Assembly: GCA_002269645.1 (NCBI GenBank) | Contig: NIVC01000992.1 | Coordinates: 386,758-450,757, forward strand | Length of the DNA: 64,000 bases | Direction: 5' to 3' | From: Macrostomum lignano | Taxonomy: Eukaryota | Shown here: one piece after another, positions 60,364 to 64,000 of the stretch | Layout of the letters: each line of letters opens with the position of its first letter | How positions within the stretch are numbered: position 1 is the first letter of the stretch | Notes under the pieces: generated by a model | Told to the model about the DNA's origin: nothing | Database searches by the model: none | What the model saw: the letters and a program-made list of their open reading frames with translations, nothing else | Made by a program: the position numbers and the translations under genes

Positions 60364-63240
60364 CAGTGTTGCTACAGGCTGCGTTTTTAACGCAGCTGCG
60401 TTTTTTCTTTGAAAAATCTGCGTTTGTGCATTTTTTTCTGCGTTTTTTTTCATTCTGCGTTTTTACTTGCTAGCTGTTTTGTTGGTGACTTAAGTGGTCC
60501 TTTTTGCTGTTGTATTATCTAAAATCCCACGTTTTATGTTTGTTGCATCAGCTTTGTTTATCTTAAAATCCATTGTTTGAAAAATACAAAGAAAACTACT
60601 TCCTGCATTTGGGGTCGCTTCACAAGCTCGAAATTTCACAACCTCGAAAAGCACATCCTTTCATAAATCCGAAACTTCATAGGCTCGAATATTCACAACC
60701 TCGAAGACCATTTTAGCAGCCAACTTCATAAGCTCAATTAAATTAATTTGGTAACGCAACAATTGTAATATGTCCATTTCAGCGAGCTTCAACTGCCCTT
60801 CATCATTCATGTCGCTATCGAAAGTTCGAGCCACAAAGTTTGGACTCCTGGTGCAACCGAACGGCCCATAACCAGCAGTGCAGCCTCTGGCTCCAGCCTG
60901 ACCCAAAAGACGCTTGTCGGCCTACTGCTCAATTTGTGCCAAAGATTTCCAAATCGGCTCAGCTGGCTTTGGAGCGGTAGAAAATCATGCGAAGAGCAAG
61001 AAGCATTCTGATCGCTATATGCTCAAGCTCCAAAAGGAAAGCTCGGCGACGTCCATCAATTTTTATTTCAAGCCCCAGAGGTCGTCAACCTCCAATCCTA
61101 GTGCTGATGGCACAAATGGCGATACCACAACTGAAAAGCCAAGCACTTTAGATGCCAAAGTCATGAAGGCCGAGCTGAGGCACGCTCTGAATATTGTGGA
61201 GCACCATCGGTCATTCGCCTCTGCTGACCACGGAATATACAAGACCATGTTTCCGGACAGCCAAATTGCCCAAAAATTCAAATGCCAGCGGCAGAAGACC
61301 ACCTACTTGGTAACAGAGGCAATCGCTCCAACCATTCGGAATGAAATTATACAAGACATTAACTCTGGAAGCGGCTATTTTAGCCTAGCCATAGACGAAT
61401 CTAACCAGGCGATGGCTCGCAGAAGTTTTTAAGTATTGTAGTGTCATTCATTTCCATCACGAAGAAGAAACTTCTCATACTGCCTCTCAAGACTGTGAGC
61501 ATTCCTGATGGGCGAGCCGCAACTCTGGAAGCTGCCGTCGCGAACACCTGCAACGAATTAGGCCTTCGGTTCAAATCGTGCGTCTGTGTTATGTCTGATG
61601 GCCCATCGGTGATGACAGGGCGGCATGGTGGGTTCCACACCCTCATGGACAAACATGCACCCCATCTACTCAAAATGGCCACGTGCTCACTCCACCATGT
61701 TTCGAATGCCGCGCGGGCTGCATGTGACAAGCTCGGGAAAAAAGCCGAAAACCTGGCTGATCTTGTTCACTCGTACTTTCTGTACACATCTCGCTGGACT
61801 AGGTACGAGCATGTGCAAGACATGCTTGAATTGCAGTCGCACAGGTTTTTGCGACGTGTTGAAACTAGGTGGATACAGCTTTTGCCGGTGGTTAACAGGC
61901 TTGTTGAGCAGTTGGAAGGACTCCGTGAGTTTTTTCTAAAGAGGCTGCGCCTGGAAAATCCCAATGATTTGAAAAAAGAATCGGTCCAGTCTATCCAGTC
62001 ACTCCTAGCTGATGATGAAGTTGAATTCGATCTTCTTTTCCTCCAGGCTGTGCTGCCAATGTTGGACAAGTTTGAGAAAGCATTCCAAGGTAACAACGTC
62101 AAGATCCATTTGATGTACATTGAGCTCCGTATGTTGTTCAAGGAACTACTGGCCTGCTTCTTAACAAAGGAGCACGTGGCTTCTAATGCCAAGCATTTAT
62201 CTAGAATGAAGTTCCCATTTGAAGCATGCTTACCAGACAATCAAGTCTTCATTGGCGAGAAGGCGCGCAACTTTCTTTCGACTCGTGAGAGTGCTGATGT
62301 CAAGAAGGTCTGTATCGTGCGCGCGAGACAGTTCTACAACGAGCTGACACAATACCTCCAATCCCATCTCCCACTGGCAAATGCTGCTTTGAGGTGCGCA
62401 CAATTTCTTGACCCATCGAAGGTTTCGTTGGTTGACAGCTCGTACCCGGTTGGATTGGCTAAAGAAATGCATTTCTCGGAGCAAGACATTTCGACATTGA
62501 CACTGACTTTCGGCGACTTTCATTGGCACTGTTTCGAAAGACTGTGATAAGCTGCAGGACGTTGAGGTACTTGATTTCTGGCTTCCAGTCGTAAATGCTA
62601 CACTGAGTGTGTTGGTACTGCGGAGGAAGGTAGTGTGTACGAATACCCTGCACTGCGCAAATTGGTGCTTGCCGCTCTTTCCATCCCGCATGGCAATGCG
62701 GCAGTGGAGCGTGTGTTTGCCGATCTTACAGACCTTTTTTCAAAGAAAAGAAGCAATCTGGACATCCGCACCATAGATGGCTGTCTGCTTACCCGAGGTT
62801 TCCTGAAGTCGACCGGTTTGACTTGTGAAATGTTTCACTTCAATGACGCGTACATCAACGCAGGCTTTCATGCTCGGCACAGCTGGAAGCAGCACCTGGA
62901 GCGGCAGCGGGAGGAGAATGAGGAGAAGCAGAAGAAGTTGGCAAAGGAGAGAGAATTGGCAGTAGAAATTGCACAGGAAATTAAGAAGGCAACACACTCT
63001 GCACAGTTGCAGGCAAAGGAGGAGAGCATACGGAAGAGGAGACTGGAGGTAGATGCGCAAGCGGACAGAGCTGCCGCAATGCTTGACGAATATCAGCGAC
63101 AGGTAGCTGCCCTAGCGATTGAGCGCAAGACACTGGAGAAGGAGACTGAGGGCCTCAAAGAAAAAAAGAAAGTTAGGAGAAGGCAACCAAGTCTACCATC
63201 GCCAGTTATTTCAAAAAGTGACGCCGGTAACTTTTGGTAA
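60364..63240 (+). mobile_element. hAT-superfamily transposon with frameshifted transposase (~60809..63240); right end not found in the window
   Basis: Left end CAGTGTTGC; BED-type zinc finger CSIC..HAKSKKH; LAIDES; CSLHHVSN; RRVETRW; hATC-like YPALRKLVLAALSIPHGNAAVERVF; at least four frameshifts. Confidence 0.88.
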
Positions 63241-63278
63241 CAATGATTTTTGGGCTTACATAGACATAAATAGATAGG

Positions 63279-63495
63279 CAGTGTTGGGCAAGTTCACGAA
63301 AAAGAACTTTCGTACAACAAACTTTTGAACTTTATGCAAGGGCATTTCCTACTTGGTCAGTCATGCTCGAGTAACAACCATTTATTTACCTCATTCTACT
63401 GCCAAACAGTTAAAAATGATCTCATTCTGCTATTCTTTCAATATCATTGTAAAAATGAATTGAACTTTTCCAAAAATGAACTTTGCCAAACACTG
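63279..63495. mobile_element. 217-bp hAT-like MITE
   Basis: TIRs CAGTGTTGGGCAAGTT / AACTTTGCCAAACACTG; 8-bp flanks match at only 5/8 positions. Confidence 0.6.
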
Positions 63496-63775
63496 CATAT
63501 GGGGATACAGGGTTTGCAACAAAGATGCATCCAGGCATGATCTAGGCATCAGTTTTATTTTACATGCATTTTATTACGAACAGCTATGCTCGCAATCTTG
63601 CTCTTTGAGTGACTGAGAGGGTAGAGACAGTGAGAACTGAAAGAGTAACAGATGACATGAATTTTTACATTTATTCTTCAAGTTGTTGCATTGTTGTTGT
63701 CGTGCTGTTTCCATGTATGTTTGCATCGGCCATCGATCGAGATACACATATTGCACGTATACGTACTCACTGTCG

Positions 63776-63996
63776 CTCTTATATGTATAGGTTGTCCAAT
63801 GTCTAGAAAGTTCTGTCCATTTTTTTATACAAATGTTCGTCGAGTCGAAAAAGTTGCCGATCTCCGAGATGAGGGCCAGTTCGTTGTTGAAGCTCTTGCC
63901 TTGCAGATGCCGGTCAATGGCGCGGAATAGATAGATAGAGCAAGCAGTGCAAAAGGTGCTCATTATCATGTGCCATTCTTTGCTGGAAAGAAGCAA
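63776..63996 (-). CDS. Possible internal exon of an unidentified gene running off the window end
   Basis: Protein-like open frame (IYLFRAIDRHLQGKSFNNELALISEIGNFFDSTN..) ending at a possible GTACGT donor; no family recognised. Confidence 0.3.
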
Positions 63997-64000
63997 CTTT

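Overview
Eukaryotic (animal) genomic DNA with spliceosomal introns, many minisatellites and many transposon remnants. There is no prokaryotic gene organisation, CRISPR array, rRNA or clear tRNA gene. The gene content and repeat landscape resemble a Macrostomum-type flatworm; this is my inference and is not verified. Gene models I reconstructed by hand with consistent splice phases: i-type lysozyme with an extra N-terminal domain (3' end outside the window), BLOC1S5/Muted, a 9-exon RNase T2, two paralogous secreted PAN-like + ALK/LTK-type glycine-rich proteins, an intronless clarin, a Maf-family pyrophosphatase with a frameshifting deletion, an ABCG half-transporter, a 4-TM MS4A-like protein, a divergent alpha-SNAP paired head-to-head with an all-helical coiled-coil protein, an alpha-SNAP pseudogene fragment and one orphan ORF. 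Mobile DNA includes two tRNA-derived SINE families (one CORE-like), a decayed RNase-H LINE, several MITEs, a deleted Tc1-like element, a non-autonomous Helitron, and a mariner interrupted by a hAT. Most long ORFs in the supplied track are artefacts of stop-free tandem repeats. Best leads: a possible spliced-leader-supplied start codon for BLOC1S5, a CLEAR-like E-box cluster between two lysosomal genes, a splice acceptor amplified 14 times by a minisatellite, kinase-less ALK-like secreted proteins, and the alpha-SNAP/coiled-coil gene pair.
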